Assembly (NCBI GenBank): GCA_004557405.1
Contig: SFDZ01000009.1
Coordinates: 15,014 to 79,013, forward strand
Length of the DNA: 64,000 nucleotides
From: Bacteroidales bacterium
Lineage (GTDB): Bacteria; Bacteroidota; Bacteroidia; Bacteroidales; Paludibacteraceae
Direction: 5' to 3'
Made by a program: the position numbers and the translations under genes. The notes beneath the pieces are model-generated. The model saw nothing but the letters and a program-made list of their open reading frames with translations, was not told the origin of the DNA and did no database searches. Below are positions 1 through 8,970 of the stretch, piece by piece (the stretch's first letter is position 1; each line of letters begins with the position of its first letter).

Positions 1-280
1 CGACTTTGAAAAAGTCGCCGATGGAGTCGCTGCCAACTTTGCCGATAAACCCGACATCAACGCCCAATCGTGCCAAACCCGAAATGGTGTTCGAGGCCGA
101 ACCGCCGGTGGCCACATGCTGGTCGAGCAGAATGGTAGCCTCTTGTATGGCGCGCATTTTGTCCTCGTCGATGAGCTGCATACTGCCTTTGGGCAACTCG
201 AGCCGTTGCAAAAGGTCGTCGGACTTGAGGCGCATCAGTATGTCCACGAGGGCATTGCCCATGCCGAGAATTTTTTTCAT
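1..280 (-). CDS. PfkB-family sugar/adenosine kinase, N-terminal 93 codons (gene runs off the window start)
   Basis: Not in the ORF track because it leaves the window. My reverse translation from the ATG (plus-strand cat 278-280) reads MKKILGMGNALVDILMRLKSDDLLQRLELPKGSMQLIDEDKMRAIQEATILLDQHVATGGSASNTISGLARLGVDVGFIGKVGSDSIGDFFKV. GGSxxNT and GxVGxD are N-terminal ribokinase/PfkB signatures. Listed + strand ORFs 6..332 and 116..412 are its shadows. Confidence 0.7.
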   Translation of the reverse strand, partial: MKKILGMGNALVDILMRLKSDDLLQRLELPKGSMQLIDEDKMRAIQEATILLDQHVATGGSASNTISGLARLGVDVGFIGKVGSDSIGDFFKV

Positions 281-321
281 CGCCGTGTGTCTGTTTTGGT
301 GTGTCGCGTGTGCTGTTTCCG

Positions 322-363
322 AAAAAAAATAAAGAAGCCGCTGCTCGTAAAAAGTGCGGCTTC
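322..363 (-). terminator. Intrinsic terminator downstream of tRNA-Asn
   Basis: Read on the minus strand: stem GAAGCCGC (363-356) / GCGGCTTC (341-334), followed by TTTATTTTTTTT (plus-strand A-run 322-333). The loop is long (14 nt). Confidence 0.5.
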
Positions 364-373
364 CGCTGTGTTG

Positions 374-447
374 CGCTCCATGGAGGACTTGAACCTACGA
401 CCCCCTGATTAACAGTCAGGTGCTCTAACCAACTGAGCTAATGAAGC
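374..447 (-). tRNA. tRNA-Asn (anticodon GTT)
   Basis: Reverse complement folds as a cloverleaf: acceptor GCTTCAT/ATGGAGC, D-arm GCTC-AGTTGGTTA-GAGC, anticodon arm CCTGA-CTGTTAA-TCAGG (GTT), variable GGGTC, T-arm GTAGG-TTCAAGT-CCTCC, discriminator G. The T-stem has one U-C mismatch. No encoded CCA. Confidence 0.88.
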
Positions 448-477
448 ATATCAAATATCGTTCCCGATTTTGCGTTG

Positions 478-509
478 CAAAGATAGTACTTTTTTTTGAT
501 CTGACCAAA
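478..509 (-). promoter_or_regulatory. Candidate Bacteroidota sigma-A promoter for tRNA-Asn
   Basis: Minus-strand TATCTTTG (485-478) matches the TAnnTTTG -7 box about 31 nt upstream of the tRNA 5' end. TTTG (509-506) lies 20 nt further upstream, as expected for a -33 element. Confidence 0.4.
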
Positions 510-566
510 CAAAATCGACTTTTTTTTCAAAAAAATGCGTTTTGCGTTTATTGTGCTGATAACTAA

Positions 567-932
567 TCAGTTGACCGGCGGCAAAAAGGCGTCCTCGATG
601 TGCTCGATGCGATAAGTGCCGCCAACGGGAATGACGCTGACAACGTCGAAACGAACGTCGGCGTCGATGTCGTGCTGCAAAATGTATTCGTGGGTTGCCG
701 CTACGATGCGCCGTATTTTGGTGGGCGTTACGGCATCTTTCGGGTGCTCGAAGTGCTCGGTCGAGCGCGATTTGACTTCGACCACAACCAACAGCCCGTC
801 TTTTTCGGTTACGATGTCGAGTTCGGCATGCCCGAAACGCCAATTACAGTCGCGGATGATGTAGCCGCGGTCGCGCAGAAATTGTTGGGCTTGCAACTCG
901 CCTTCTTTGCCAAAATCGTTGTGTTGTGCCAT
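567..932 (-). CDS. yraN: YraN-family (UPF0102) endonuclease-like protein
   Basis: Part of ORF 567..1025, with the start moved to ATG 932 (MAQHNDFGKEGELQAQQFLRDRGYIIRDCNWRFGHAELDIV...VVVEVKSRS). The G.EGE...fL...GY.i...N.r...GEiDiI...l.fVEVK pattern is typical of YraN. Confidence 0.8.
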   Translation of the reverse strand: MAQHNDFGKEGELQAQQFLRDRGYIIRDCNWRFGHAELDIVTEKDGLLVVVEVKSRSTEHFEHPKDAVTPTKIRRIVAATHEYILQHDIDADVRFDVVSVIPVGGTYRIEHIEDAFLPPVN

Positions 933-1014
933 CGTCGTTCGGTGTTTTGCCTGCAAAATTACACAATATTTATATAAAACGGCATAAGTTGTTGTTTTTT
1001 TCGACAAAAAATCG

Positions 1015-1022
1015 TACATTTG
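1015..1022 (+). promoter_or_regulatory. Candidate -7 box (TACATTTG) for the small RHH gene / rmuC operon
   Basis: Exact TAnnTTTG match 22 nt upstream of GTG 1044. It overlaps the TTG start proposed by the ORF track at 1020, which argues against that start. Confidence 0.35.
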
Positions 1023-1043
1023 CAAATTAAATTAGTTTGCAGA

Positions 1044-1253
1044 GTGAAGAAACAGAATAAAACGTCCGGCAACCGCCCGGTGCTGAAACGTACGCATCGT
1101 GTGGCGTTCATGCTGAACGACGAAGAACGCCGTTATTTGGAGGCGTATGTCAATCGTTACAAGGTGGATAATGTGTCGAAATTTTTGCGCGATGCCGTCA
1201 TGCGCACGGTGTTGCATCAACTCGACGAAGACCGCCCGACGTTGTTCGATTAA
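1044..1253 (+). CDS. Small ribbon-helix-helix (CopG/MobC-like) DNA-binding protein; start uncertain
   Basis: ORF 1020..1253. HRVAFMLNDEERRYLEAYVNRYKVDNVSKFLRDAVMRTV fits the RHH pattern (beta strand, then E..L...A...g.S.S.flR.a). I chose in-frame GTG 1044; ATG 1110 would remove the beta strand. The stop abuts the rmuC ATG. Confidence 0.5.
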   Translation: MKKQNKTSGNRPVLKRTHRVAFMLNDEERRYLEAYVNRYKVDNVSKFLRDAVMRTVLHQLDEDRPTLFD

Positions 1254-2555
1254 ATGATGGAGGATTGTTGTCAAATGAGTGTACTATGGATGATTGTGGG
1301 CGTTGTGGCGGGATTTGCCGCAGGCTTTGTGTTGGCTTTTCTGATACAAAAAAGCAAGCAGGCGTTGTTGGCTGCGCAAATGGCGTCGGCACAGACGGAA
1401 AAGGATAATGCAGCGACCGAATTGGAAAAAATGCGTGCCGAATTGGCAACCAAAATGGTGGAACAAGCCACAACGGTCACCAAAATGGAAGGCCTGAAAG
1501 AGCAGTTGGCCGAACAAAAACAGGCGATGGCCGACCTGCAAAAACGCCTGACAACTGAGTTCGAAAATATGGCCAACCGCATTCTGAAAGAGCGTGCCGC
1601 CGAACTGTCGGAAACGAGCAAAAAAGACCTTGGCGCCATACTGAATCCGCTGAAGGACAATATTGCCGAGTTCAAACAGCAGGTGCGCGAGGCCTATTCC
1701 CTCGAAATGCGCGACAAAGCCGGCCTACGCGAACAACTGAAACTGCTGACCGAACAAAATGCCCGCATCAGCGACGAGGCCAACAACCTGACCAAAGCCC
1801 TGAAAGGCGATGTGAAACAGCAGGGTAATTGGGGCGAAATTGTCTTGGAACGCGTGCTCGAAATGTCGGGCTTGCACATAGGACGAGAGTTCGAGCGCGA
1901 GGCCGTTTCCAAAGACGACAGCGATGCCAACAAGCGACCCGATGTGATTGTTCATCTTCCTGATAATAAGCACGTTGTGATTGACTCGAAAGTGTCGCTG
2001 GTGGCTTACGATCGCTTGGTAAATGCGCCTGACAATGCCGCGTACGAAATGGCCTTGAAAGAACAAGTGGCTTCGTTGAAAAAACATGTGAATGAATTGG
2101 CAGCAAAAAATTATCCCAATCTGCCGGGACTGAATGCACCCGATTTTGTGCTGATGTTTGTGCCGATCGAGGCGATGTTCTCGGTGGCTGTCGATGCCGA
2201 CAAAAACCTGTTTGCGTATGCGTGGGAGAAAAAAATTGTCATCGTCAGCCCGACAACGCTGCTGGCTACTTTGCGTACCATAGCAAGCATCTGGCAACAG
2301 GAAAATCAGACGAAAAATGCGTTCGAAATAGCACGACTTGGTGGCGTTTTGTACGACAAAATGGTCGGTTTTATCGACGATTTTCAGAAAATAAAACGCA
2401 GTTTGGATGCCGCCGACAAAGCCTACAACGATGCTCTCGGCAAAATGAGTACAGGCAAAGGCAATATGCTGAATACGGCAACACGTATCAAAGAACTTGG
2501 CGCAAAGGCCGGTAAAACGATACCGCAAAATTTATTGCAGGACGCAGGAGAATGA
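1254..2555 (+). CDS. rmuC: DNA recombination protein RmuC
   Basis: 433 aa with an N-terminal TM helix, a long coiled coil and a C-terminal RmuC nuclease-like core (RPDVIVHLPDNKHVVIDSKVSLVAYDR ... FVLMFVPIEAMF ... IVIVSPTTLLATLRT). Confidence 0.9.
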   Translation: MMEDCCQMSVLWMIVGVVAGFAAGFVLAFLIQKSKQALLAAQMASAQTEKDNAATELEKMRAELATKMVEQATTVTKMEGLKEQLAEQKQAMADLQKRLTTEFENMANRILKERAAELSETSKKDLGAILNPLKDNIAEFKQQVREAYSLEMRDKAGLREQLKLLTEQNARISDEANNLTKALKGDVKQQGNWGEIVLERVLEMSGLHIGREFEREAVSKDDSDANKRPDVIVHLPDNKHVVIDSKVSLVAYDRLVNAPDNAAYEMALKEQVASLKKHVNELAAKNYPNLPGLNAPDFVLMFVPIEAMFSVAVDADKNLFAYAWEKKIVIVSPTTLLATLRTIASIWQQENQTKNAFEIARLGGVLYDKMVGFIDDFQKIKRSLDAADKAYNDALGKMSTGKGNMLNTATRIKELGAKAGKTIPQNLLQDAGE

Positions 2556-2884
2556 AACGTATAGCATTGATATTCATTGTGTTGATGTCGGTGGCGGTTG
2601 GCGCAAAGGCGCAGCCGGCGCGTGTGCCTGCCGTGCGCGAACCCATCGAAGTGATACAGCCCGACAGCACGCTGTTGACGGTGTTGTTGCATGGCGACGA
2701 GTGGAAACATTGGCGCACAACCATCGATGGCTTTGTCGTCGAACAAGATGATAAAGGCTTTTATCGTTATGTTGTAGTTACAACAAAGGGCAAACAGCGC
2801 GTGGGATGCCGTGTGGCGCACAATCCGGCCGACCGTTCGAAGTGCGAACAAAAATATGTATCAAAAAAAGGTGTTAAACGCTAA
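2552..2884 (+). CDS. Secreted 110-aa protein, paralogue of the N-terminal domain of the downstream M6 peptidase
   Basis: Signal peptide MKRIALIFIVLMSVAVGAKA. IQPDSTLLTVLLHGDEWKHWRTTIDGFVV...GFYRYVV...AHNPADRS aligns with AQADGTTLQVRLHGDEYFHYVTTADGYLL...GVYEYGV...AHNVGRRT of ORF 2897..5473. ATGA overlap with rmuC. Confidence 0.7.
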   Translation: MKRIALIFIVLMSVAVGAKAQPARVPAVREPIEVIQPDSTLLTVLLHGDEWKHWRTTIDGFVVEQDDKGFYRYVVVTTKGKQRVGCRVAHNPADRSKCEQKYVSKKGVKR

Positions 2885-2896
2885 ACAAATGATGCG

Positions 2897-5473
2897 ATGA
2901 AAAAACTATTTATGTTGTGTGGCTGCATGATGTATGTGTGTGTGGCGTTGTTGGCTGTGCCGGCTATGCGTAATGTGGTGTCGGTGGCACAAGCGGACGG
3001 CACTACGCTGCAGGTGCGCTTGCACGGCGATGAGTATTTTCATTATGTTACTACGGCCGATGGCTATTTGTTGCAGAAGAATAGGACCGGCGTATATGAA
3101 TATGGTGTGATAGATGTGGCGTCCGACACGGCGCGCTTGTCGGGCATCGCAGCGCACAATGTCGGTCGGCGTACGGCAGCCGAATTGCAGTTCCTGAAAT
3201 CGGTCGATGTGCAGGCGGTGTCGGCGTATGCGGCTCGCAAAAACAGGCAGGTGCGTGCGCAGAAATCGCCATTGTCGCATGGTGTCGCTAAAACGGTTGG
3301 CCATGTACAAAATGTGCCAAAAGGGTTGGTCATTCTTGTCGATTTGGCCGACCAAACACATACCAAAGGCGCATCAGCCCGGAGTTATTTTGATGAGATG
3401 ATGAATAAAAAAGGGTTTTCGGCCGATGGCGCCACCGGTTCGGTGCGCGACTATTTCGCAGCCTCGTCGCACGATGTCTATACGCCGCAGTTCGAGGTGG
3501 TCGGACCGTTCAAGGTGAGCAAAACAACCGCCTACTATGCCGGCCGAAACGGTTGGGATTATGTCTATCAGATGGTGAACGAAGCCTGCTCGTTGGCGTA
3601 TGAAAGCGGTGTGTCGTTTGCCGACTACGACCTCGATGGTGACAAGGTGGTGGATTATGTCTATGTGATTTATGCCGGCTACAGTGCCGCCCAGCATGCC
3701 GAAAATGCCATTTGGCCACATTCGGCAAATCTGTCGATGTTTGATGTGAAGTCGGCTGATAGAACGTATGGCGGTTACACCATCGACTTGTATGCGTGCG
3801 GATCGGAACTCGATGGTACATCGGGACAACACTTGGCCGGCATCGGCACATTCTGCCACGAATTCGGACATGTGATAGGTATGCCCGATTACTACGATAC
3901 GCAAGATAACCACAACGATGAAACCGTCGGGCGGTGGAATATCATGGACTACGGCTGCTACAACAACGATGGTCGCACGCCGCCGCTTTATTCGGCTTAC
4001 GATTGTTTCTACATGGGTTGGACAACGCCCACACTGATGAACTCGCCCGAAAATGTAACGCTGGAACCGTTGGCCGCATCGCATCAGACACGCGTGGTAA
4101 CCGCCAACGGCACTATGCCCGTTGCCACCACGGCGACGAATATGTGGTTTTTCGAAAATCGGCAGCAGCAGGGATGGGACGCCTATTTGCCCGGACATGG
4201 TTTGCTGGTAACGAAAGTGAAATACAATGCGAAGGCATGGCAACAGAATATCGTCAATACAAAGTCCGAAATGTACTTCGACATTCAGGAAGCCGCCGGC
4301 AAAAAATCGTTTTATGGCAACGATACCGACCCCTTCCCCGGCGCGAAAAAAGTAACCTCCTATGTACCGGTCGGAAAATACGATCTGTCTGATATTCAGG
4401 AGCATGACGGCGTGGTGTCGTTCAAATTTATGGGCGGTGCCGATTGCCCTTATCGCCACGAATGCCTCACCGAACATTGCCAAATAGTGTCCGAAACGGC
4501 ATGTACGGCCGAAGGCGAATCGTATGTCGTCAAATTATGCCCCGATTTTGGCTACGAACTGCTACTCGACGATGACCACTTTATCGTTATGATGGGCGAT
4601 GCCGATTTGACGCCGGGCGACGATTATGCGTTTGCCGATAGCGTGCTTACCGTGCCGAACGTAACCGGATGCGTGTCGGTCTATGCGGTGGCAACTCAGC
4701 GCACGGTGGACGGTTGTGTGGCGCTGTGTTACGATTTGGTCGAAGGTGTTGTTCCGCAAAATGGGTCGGTCGAAAATCGATATATCGCTAAAAATGAGCC
4801 GTTTACCGAAGTTTGGCTGGCTGATGAATGTTACGAAACACTCACCGACGACAATCTGCTCGTGGAAGTGAAAGTTGGCGATGCCGAACTGCCGACCGCT
4901 TATGATGTGGCCGATGGCCGATTGACTATTACGCTGTCGCCGACGCAACTTACTGATAATGTGTCGATTGCTATTCTCGCAACGGCACAACCTACGGTTT
5001 ATTTCGATGGCGAACATTGCGCTTTGAACGGTGCCTTGTGCGTTGGGCGCGACAGCACCTATTCGGCCACCATCACCACGGATGTCGGTTACCGTTTGAC
5101 GGCTGACAATTTGATGATAACCATGGATGATGACGATTTGGAACTTGGCGAAGATTTCACGTTCCGTAACGGGCTGCTCACCATTCGCAAGGTCGATGGC
5201 GACATCGAAATTGTGGCCATAGCGACTTCGATGCCATCGGCACTGCCCGAAATGGCGGAGTCGGAACCTGTGGCTGCCGTGTGTGGCGATGTGTTGCGCA
5301 TCGAACATCTGCCGCAACAGGCGCAAGTGTTGTTGTGCGATGCTGTCGGGCGTGTTTTGCTGACTATGTGCGCATCGGCGTCCGAAGTGTCGTGCCCGTT
5401 GCCTGATGCCGGCCTCTATTTGGTGCAAATACAATGTGGTAGCGATATGAAGGTGTTGAAAATTATAAGATGA
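2897..5473 (+). CDS. M6-family (immune inhibitor A-like) zinc metallopeptidase with three tandem beta-domain repeats and a T9SS C-terminal sorting domain
   Basis: 858 aa with a signal peptide. Zinc motif FCHEFGHVIGMPDYYD (HExxH). Three ~95-aa internal repeats, each ending ...LTV/LTI...V.I/VYA.A (about nt 4440-5230). The C-terminus LYLVQIQCGSDMKVLKIIR is typical of Por/T9SS CTDs. Confidence 0.85.
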   Translation: MKKLFMLCGCMMYVCVALLAVPAMRNVVSVAQADGTTLQVRLHGDEYFHYVTTADGYLLQKNRTGVYEYGVIDVASDTARLSGIAAHNVGRRTAAELQFLKSVDVQAVSAYAARKNRQVRAQKSPLSHGVAKTVGHVQNVPKGLVILVDLADQTHTKGASARSYFDEMMNKKGFSADGATGSVRDYFAASSHDVYTPQFEVVGPFKVSKTTAYYAGRNGWDYVYQMVNEACSLAYESGVSFADYDLDGDKVVDYVYVIYAGYSAAQHAENAIWPHSANLSMFDVKSADRTYGGYTIDLYACGSELDGTSGQHLAGIGTFCHEFGHVIGMPDYYDTQDNHNDETVGRWNIMDYGCYNNDGRTPPLYSAYDCFYMGWTTPTLMNSPENVTLEPLAASHQTRVVTANGTMPVATTATNMWFFENRQQQGWDAYLPGHGLLVTKVKYNAKAWQQNIVNTKSEMYFDIQEAAGKKSFYGNDTDPFPGAKKVTSYVPVGKYDLSDIQEHDGVVSFKFMGGADCPYRHECLTEHCQIVSETACTAEGESYVVKLCPDFGYELLLDDDHFIVMMGDADLTPGDDYAFADSVLTVPNVTGCVSVYAVATQRTVDGCVALCYDLVEGVVPQNGSVENRYIAKNEPFTEVWLADECYETLTDDNLLVEVKVGDAELPTAYDVADGRLTITLSPTQLTDNVSIAILATAQPTVYFDGEHCALNGALCVGRDSTYSATITTDVGYRLTADNLMITMDDDDLELGEDFTFRNGLLTIRKVDGDIEIVAIATSMPSALPEMAESEPVAAVCGDVLRIEHLPQQAQVLLCDAVGRVLLTMCASASEVSCPLPDAGLYLVQIQCGSDMKVLKIIR

Positions 5474-7644
5474 GAAAGATTATGAATGAGGTGTTAATGA
5501 CTTGTTATCGCCAAGCCGTTTGCGAATTGCGCGAGGCTTATGCTCCGGCCGATTGGCATCGACTGCGCAATGCCGTAGTAGAGGCTGTGCGGTCGGGCGT
5601 GCTGTCGGACGAACGCTTGCAGCAAACGGTTGGAACTGCCGTATTGGCGCATCGCGAGATTGCGCTCGGACATCACGGCATCAGTGCCATCGTATTGTAC
5701 GCTCTGTTGGTCGAGGGTGCCATCACCATGGAAAAAATAGAATCCGACTATGGCGCATCGACAACAACCATCGTGCGTGGCCTGCAGAAAGCGTACGGCT
5801 TGTACGAACGAAACGTGGCGGTCGATACCGAAAATTTTCGTAAGTTGTTGATTTCCTTTGCCGAAGATGTGCGAGTCATTATGATTATGATTGTGGAACG
5901 CTTGGCCACTATGCGCGCGTTGGACAAGTACGAACCCGATGCACAACAAAAAATTGCCCGCGAAGTATCGTATCTCTATGCACCGTTGGCGCATCGCATG
6001 GGCTTGTATGCCATCAAAACCGAGTTGGAAGATTTGTCGCTCAAATATACATCGTACGACATCTACAAGGAGATAGCCTACAAACTGAACGAAACCAAAC
6101 GTTCGCGCGATGCCTACATCACACAGTTTATCGAGCCGGTCAAAAAAGCGCTTGAAGCACAGGGACTTACGTTTTCCATCAAAGGTCGCACCAAATCCAT
6201 ACATTCCATCTGGAACAAAATGCGCAAACAGCAAGTGCCGTTCGAAAAAGTGTACGATTTGTTTGCCATCCGCGTGATTATCGATTGTCCCGAAGAACAG
6301 GAAAAAGCCGCTTGCTGGCAGGCATTTTCGGTGGTTACCAATATGTATTCGTACAACATCAACCGCCTGCGCGATTGGATTTCGGCACCCAAACCCAATG
6401 GCTACGAAAGTTTGCACGTTACCGTGATGGGACCGCAAGGCAAATGGGTCGAGGTGCAAATACGCACCAAACGGATGGACGAAGTGGCCGAAAAAGGCGT
6501 GGCAGCGCATTGGAAATACAAAGGCATCAAAAGCGACTCGTCGAAAATGGACGAATGGCTGAAAAACCTGCGCGAAATTCTCGAAAGTTCGGCCGATGCC
6601 ACCGATAGCGAAGTCATCAACGAGTTCAAAATGCAACTCTACGACGACGATGTGTTCGTGTTTACACCCAAAGGCGACCTGCACAACCTGCCCAAAGGCG
6701 CCACCGTGCTCGATTTCGCCTTCTCGATTCACACCTCCATTGGCGCACATTGCATGGGCGCTGTGGTCAACGACAAACACGTCTCGTTCAAATATGTGCT
6801 CCAAAACGGCGACCAAATCTCGGTGCTGACATCGCCAAATCAAACGCCCAAAAACGATTGGATTAACTATGTGGTTACCACGCGCGCACGCACCAAAATT
6901 CGCCAAAGTATCAAGGACATAGAACACAAAGATGCCGAAGACGGACGCGAAATCCTGTGGCGGCGATTGAAAAACTGGAAAATAGAAGTAACCGATGGCG
7001 AAGTAACGCGCTTGTCGAAAAAAATGGGCTACAAAACCCTTACCGACTTCTATGTGGCCATTCATAACGGCAAAATCAACGTGCTGACACTGCGCGACAA
7101 ACTCACCGAACCCGACGAAACGCCCGATACGGCGCAACATTCGGCCGGAACGTTCACTGCCGAAACCGAACTGCAACGCATCTCGTCGCAGGGCGATGCG
7201 CTCGTCATCGACCGCAACCTGAAAAATGTCGATTACACCCTCGCAAAATGTTGTAACCCTATCTATGGCGACGACATTTTCGGATTTGTTACCATCAACA
7301 ACGGCATCAAAATCCACCGCAAAAACTGCCCGAACGCCCCGCAAATGATCGAAAAATTTGGTTACCGCATCGTCAACGCACGCTGGAGCGGACAACAAAA
7401 TGCCGGCGGCGAATATCCCATCACGTTGCGCATCATCGGACACGACGACATCGGCATCGTTACAAACATCACCTCCGTCATTACGAAAGAAAATAACGTG
7501 AATATGCGCTCGATATCAGTCGATTCGCACGACGGATTGTTCGAGGGAAACATCACCGTGATGGTCAAAGAGGTCGGACAGTTGGAGCAACTGATGCGAA
7601 AAATTCGTGCCATCAAAGGCGTAAAACAAGTGTTGCGGAGTTAA
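5470..7644 (+). CDS. RelA/SpoT-homologue, synthetase-type (hydrolase HD motif degenerate)
   Basis: 724 aa. Synthetase core GRTKSIHSIWNKMRKQ ... YESLHVTVMGPQGKWVEVQIRTKRMDEVAEKGVAAHWKYK. TGS (VFVFTPKGDLHNLPKGATVLDFAFSIH) and a C-terminal ACT domain. Where the HD motif should be, the sequence reads ALGHHGISAIVLYALLVEGAIT, with no H..HD..D. Confidence 0.85.
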   Translation: MRKIMNEVLMTCYRQAVCELREAYAPADWHRLRNAVVEAVRSGVLSDERLQQTVGTAVLAHREIALGHHGISAIVLYALLVEGAITMEKIESDYGASTTTIVRGLQKAYGLYERNVAVDTENFRKLLISFAEDVRVIMIMIVERLATMRALDKYEPDAQQKIAREVSYLYAPLAHRMGLYAIKTELEDLSLKYTSYDIYKEIAYKLNETKRSRDAYITQFIEPVKKALEAQGLTFSIKGRTKSIHSIWNKMRKQQVPFEKVYDLFAIRVIIDCPEEQEKAACWQAFSVVTNMYSYNINRLRDWISAPKPNGYESLHVTVMGPQGKWVEVQIRTKRMDEVAEKGVAAHWKYKGIKSDSSKMDEWLKNLREILESSADATDSEVINEFKMQLYDDDVFVFTPKGDLHNLPKGATVLDFAFSIHTSIGAHCMGAVVNDKHVSFKYVLQNGDQISVLTSPNQTPKNDWINYVVTTRARTKIRQSIKDIEHKDAEDGREILWRRLKNWKIEVTDGEVTRLSKKMGYKTLTDFYVAIHNGKINVLTLRDKLTEPDETPDTAQHSAGTFTAETELQRISSQGDALVIDRNLKNVDYTLAKCCNPIYGDDIFGFVTINNGIKIHRKNCPNAPQMIEKFGYRIVNARWSGQQNAGGEYPITLRIIGHDDIGIVTNITSVITKENNVNMRSISVDSHDGLFEGNITVMVKEVGQLEQLMRKIRAIKGVKQVLRS

Positions 7645-7661
7645 ACGAAATCAAGCATAAA

Positions 7662-8906
7662 ATGAATTGCGAAATCATCAACATCGGCGACGAATTGCTG
7701 ATAGGACAAGTCGTTAACACCAATGCCGCGTGGATGGCTGCCGAACTCGAAAAAAACAATGTGCATGTGGCGCACGTCGTAACCATTGCCGACGACCTCG
7801 ACGACATCAAACTGTCGCTCGACACAGCTTGCCAACGCGCGCAAGTGGTCATCATCACCGGCGGACTTGGCCCCACCAAAGACGATATCACAAAACAGGC
7901 TTTGTGCGAATATTTCGGCGCAAAACTCGTGTTGCACCAACCATCGTTCGACAATGTGGCCGATTTCTTTGCCAAACGCGGCTTGCCTTTTTCCGACGTC
8001 AATCGGATGCAGGGCATGGTGCCCGACTGCTGCGAAGCACTACTGAATAAAGTCGGAACCGCGCCCGGCATGTGGTTCGAACGCACCGACCGAATTGTCG
8101 TGTCGTTGCCCGGTGTGCCCTCCGAAATGCAATGGCTGATGACAACCTATGTGTTGCCAAAACTGCAACAACGCATGGGACACGAAGCCATACTGCACAA
8201 AACGATTCTGACGTGTGGCATCGGCGAATCGTTCTTGGCCGCAAAAATAGCGGATTGGGAGGACGCGCTGCCCCGAAATGTGCGTTTGGCCTATTTGCCC
8301 GATGCCGGAAAAGTGCGCCTGAGGCTCTCCGCTCATGGCGACAATCGCAACGCACTGCAACAACTATTGGATAGCGAGTTGCACAAATTGCTCCCGCAAA
8401 TTTCGGAATATATTTATGGCTACGACGACGACACTTTTGCATCGGTTGTCGGGCGATTGCTGCTGCAACGCCAACAAACGCTGGCAACTGCCGAAAGTTG
8501 CACCGGCGGCACGCTCGCACACCGCATCACCGAAGTGGCGGGCGCATCGCAATACTACAAAGGTGGTGTTGTGAGTTACTCCAATGAATTGAAAATGAAC
8601 CTGTTGGGAGTTGGCCGCGAGACACTGAAAACGTATGGCGCCGTCAGCGAACAAACGGCGTGCGAAATGGCACTTGGCTGCCGCGAACGTTTGCAAACAG
8701 ATTTTGCCGTAGCCACCACGGGCATTGCCGGGCCAACCGGCGGCACCGACGAAAAACCGCTCGGAACGGTTTGGATTGCGGTAGCGACTCCGCAAGGCGT
8801 GTCGGCTCAAAAATATGTGTTCCGCACCACGCGCGCGCAACATCAGGAACGCACCGCCAATCAAGCCTTATTCGATTTGTGGCAACGCCTGAAAACACTA
8901 CAATAA
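7662..8906 (+). CDS. cinA: Competence/damage-inducible protein CinA (MoCF-binding domain + NMN deamidase PncC domain)
   Basis: 414 aa. N-terminus MNCEIINIGDELLIGQVVNTNAAWMA...VIITGGLGPTKDDITK. C-terminus TLATAESCTGGTLAHRIT...VATTGIAGPTGG. Confidence 0.9.
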   Translation: MNCEIINIGDELLIGQVVNTNAAWMAAELEKNNVHVAHVVTIADDLDDIKLSLDTACQRAQVVIITGGLGPTKDDITKQALCEYFGAKLVLHQPSFDNVADFFAKRGLPFSDVNRMQGMVPDCCEALLNKVGTAPGMWFERTDRIVVSLPGVPSEMQWLMTTYVLPKLQQRMGHEAILHKTILTCGIGESFLAAKIADWEDALPRNVRLAYLPDAGKVRLRLSAHGDNRNALQQLLDSELHKLLPQISEYIYGYDDDTFASVVGRLLLQRQQTLATAESCTGGTLAHRITEVAGASQYYKGGVVSYSNELKMNLLGVGRETLKTYGAVSEQTACEMALGCRERLQTDFAVATTGIAGPTGGTDEKPLGTVWIAVATPQGVSAQKYVFRTTRAQHQERTANQALFDLWQRLKTLQ

Positions 8907-8915
8907 CGCCGCACT

Positions 8916-8951
8916 AAAAAAAACGGCGAGCAACAAGTCTCGCCGTTTTTT
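8916..8951. terminator. Bidirectional intrinsic terminator between convergent cinA and the PepSY-like gene
   Basis: A-run 8916-8923, 8-bp stem ACGGCGAG (8923-8930) / CTCGCCGT (8939-8946), 8-nt loop, T-run 8946-8951. Confidence 0.75.
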
Positions 8952-8970
8952 GTTCTGTCGTTCGGTTACG

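Noticed and set aside
5494-7443. 649-aa ORF antisense to the first RelA/SpoT gene. Similar long antisense ORFs include 3374..4483, 12035..13357, 32224..33147, 38363..39301, 42979..43875, 44353..45303, 58063..59040, 60201..61178, 61172..62287 and 62408..63508.
   Set aside because: Each lies exactly opposite a gene with clear family motifs. They have low-complexity, Arg/Gly/Ala/Val/Phe/His-rich translations with no recognisable domains. This is typical of shadow ORFs in coding DNA of 50% GC or higher.
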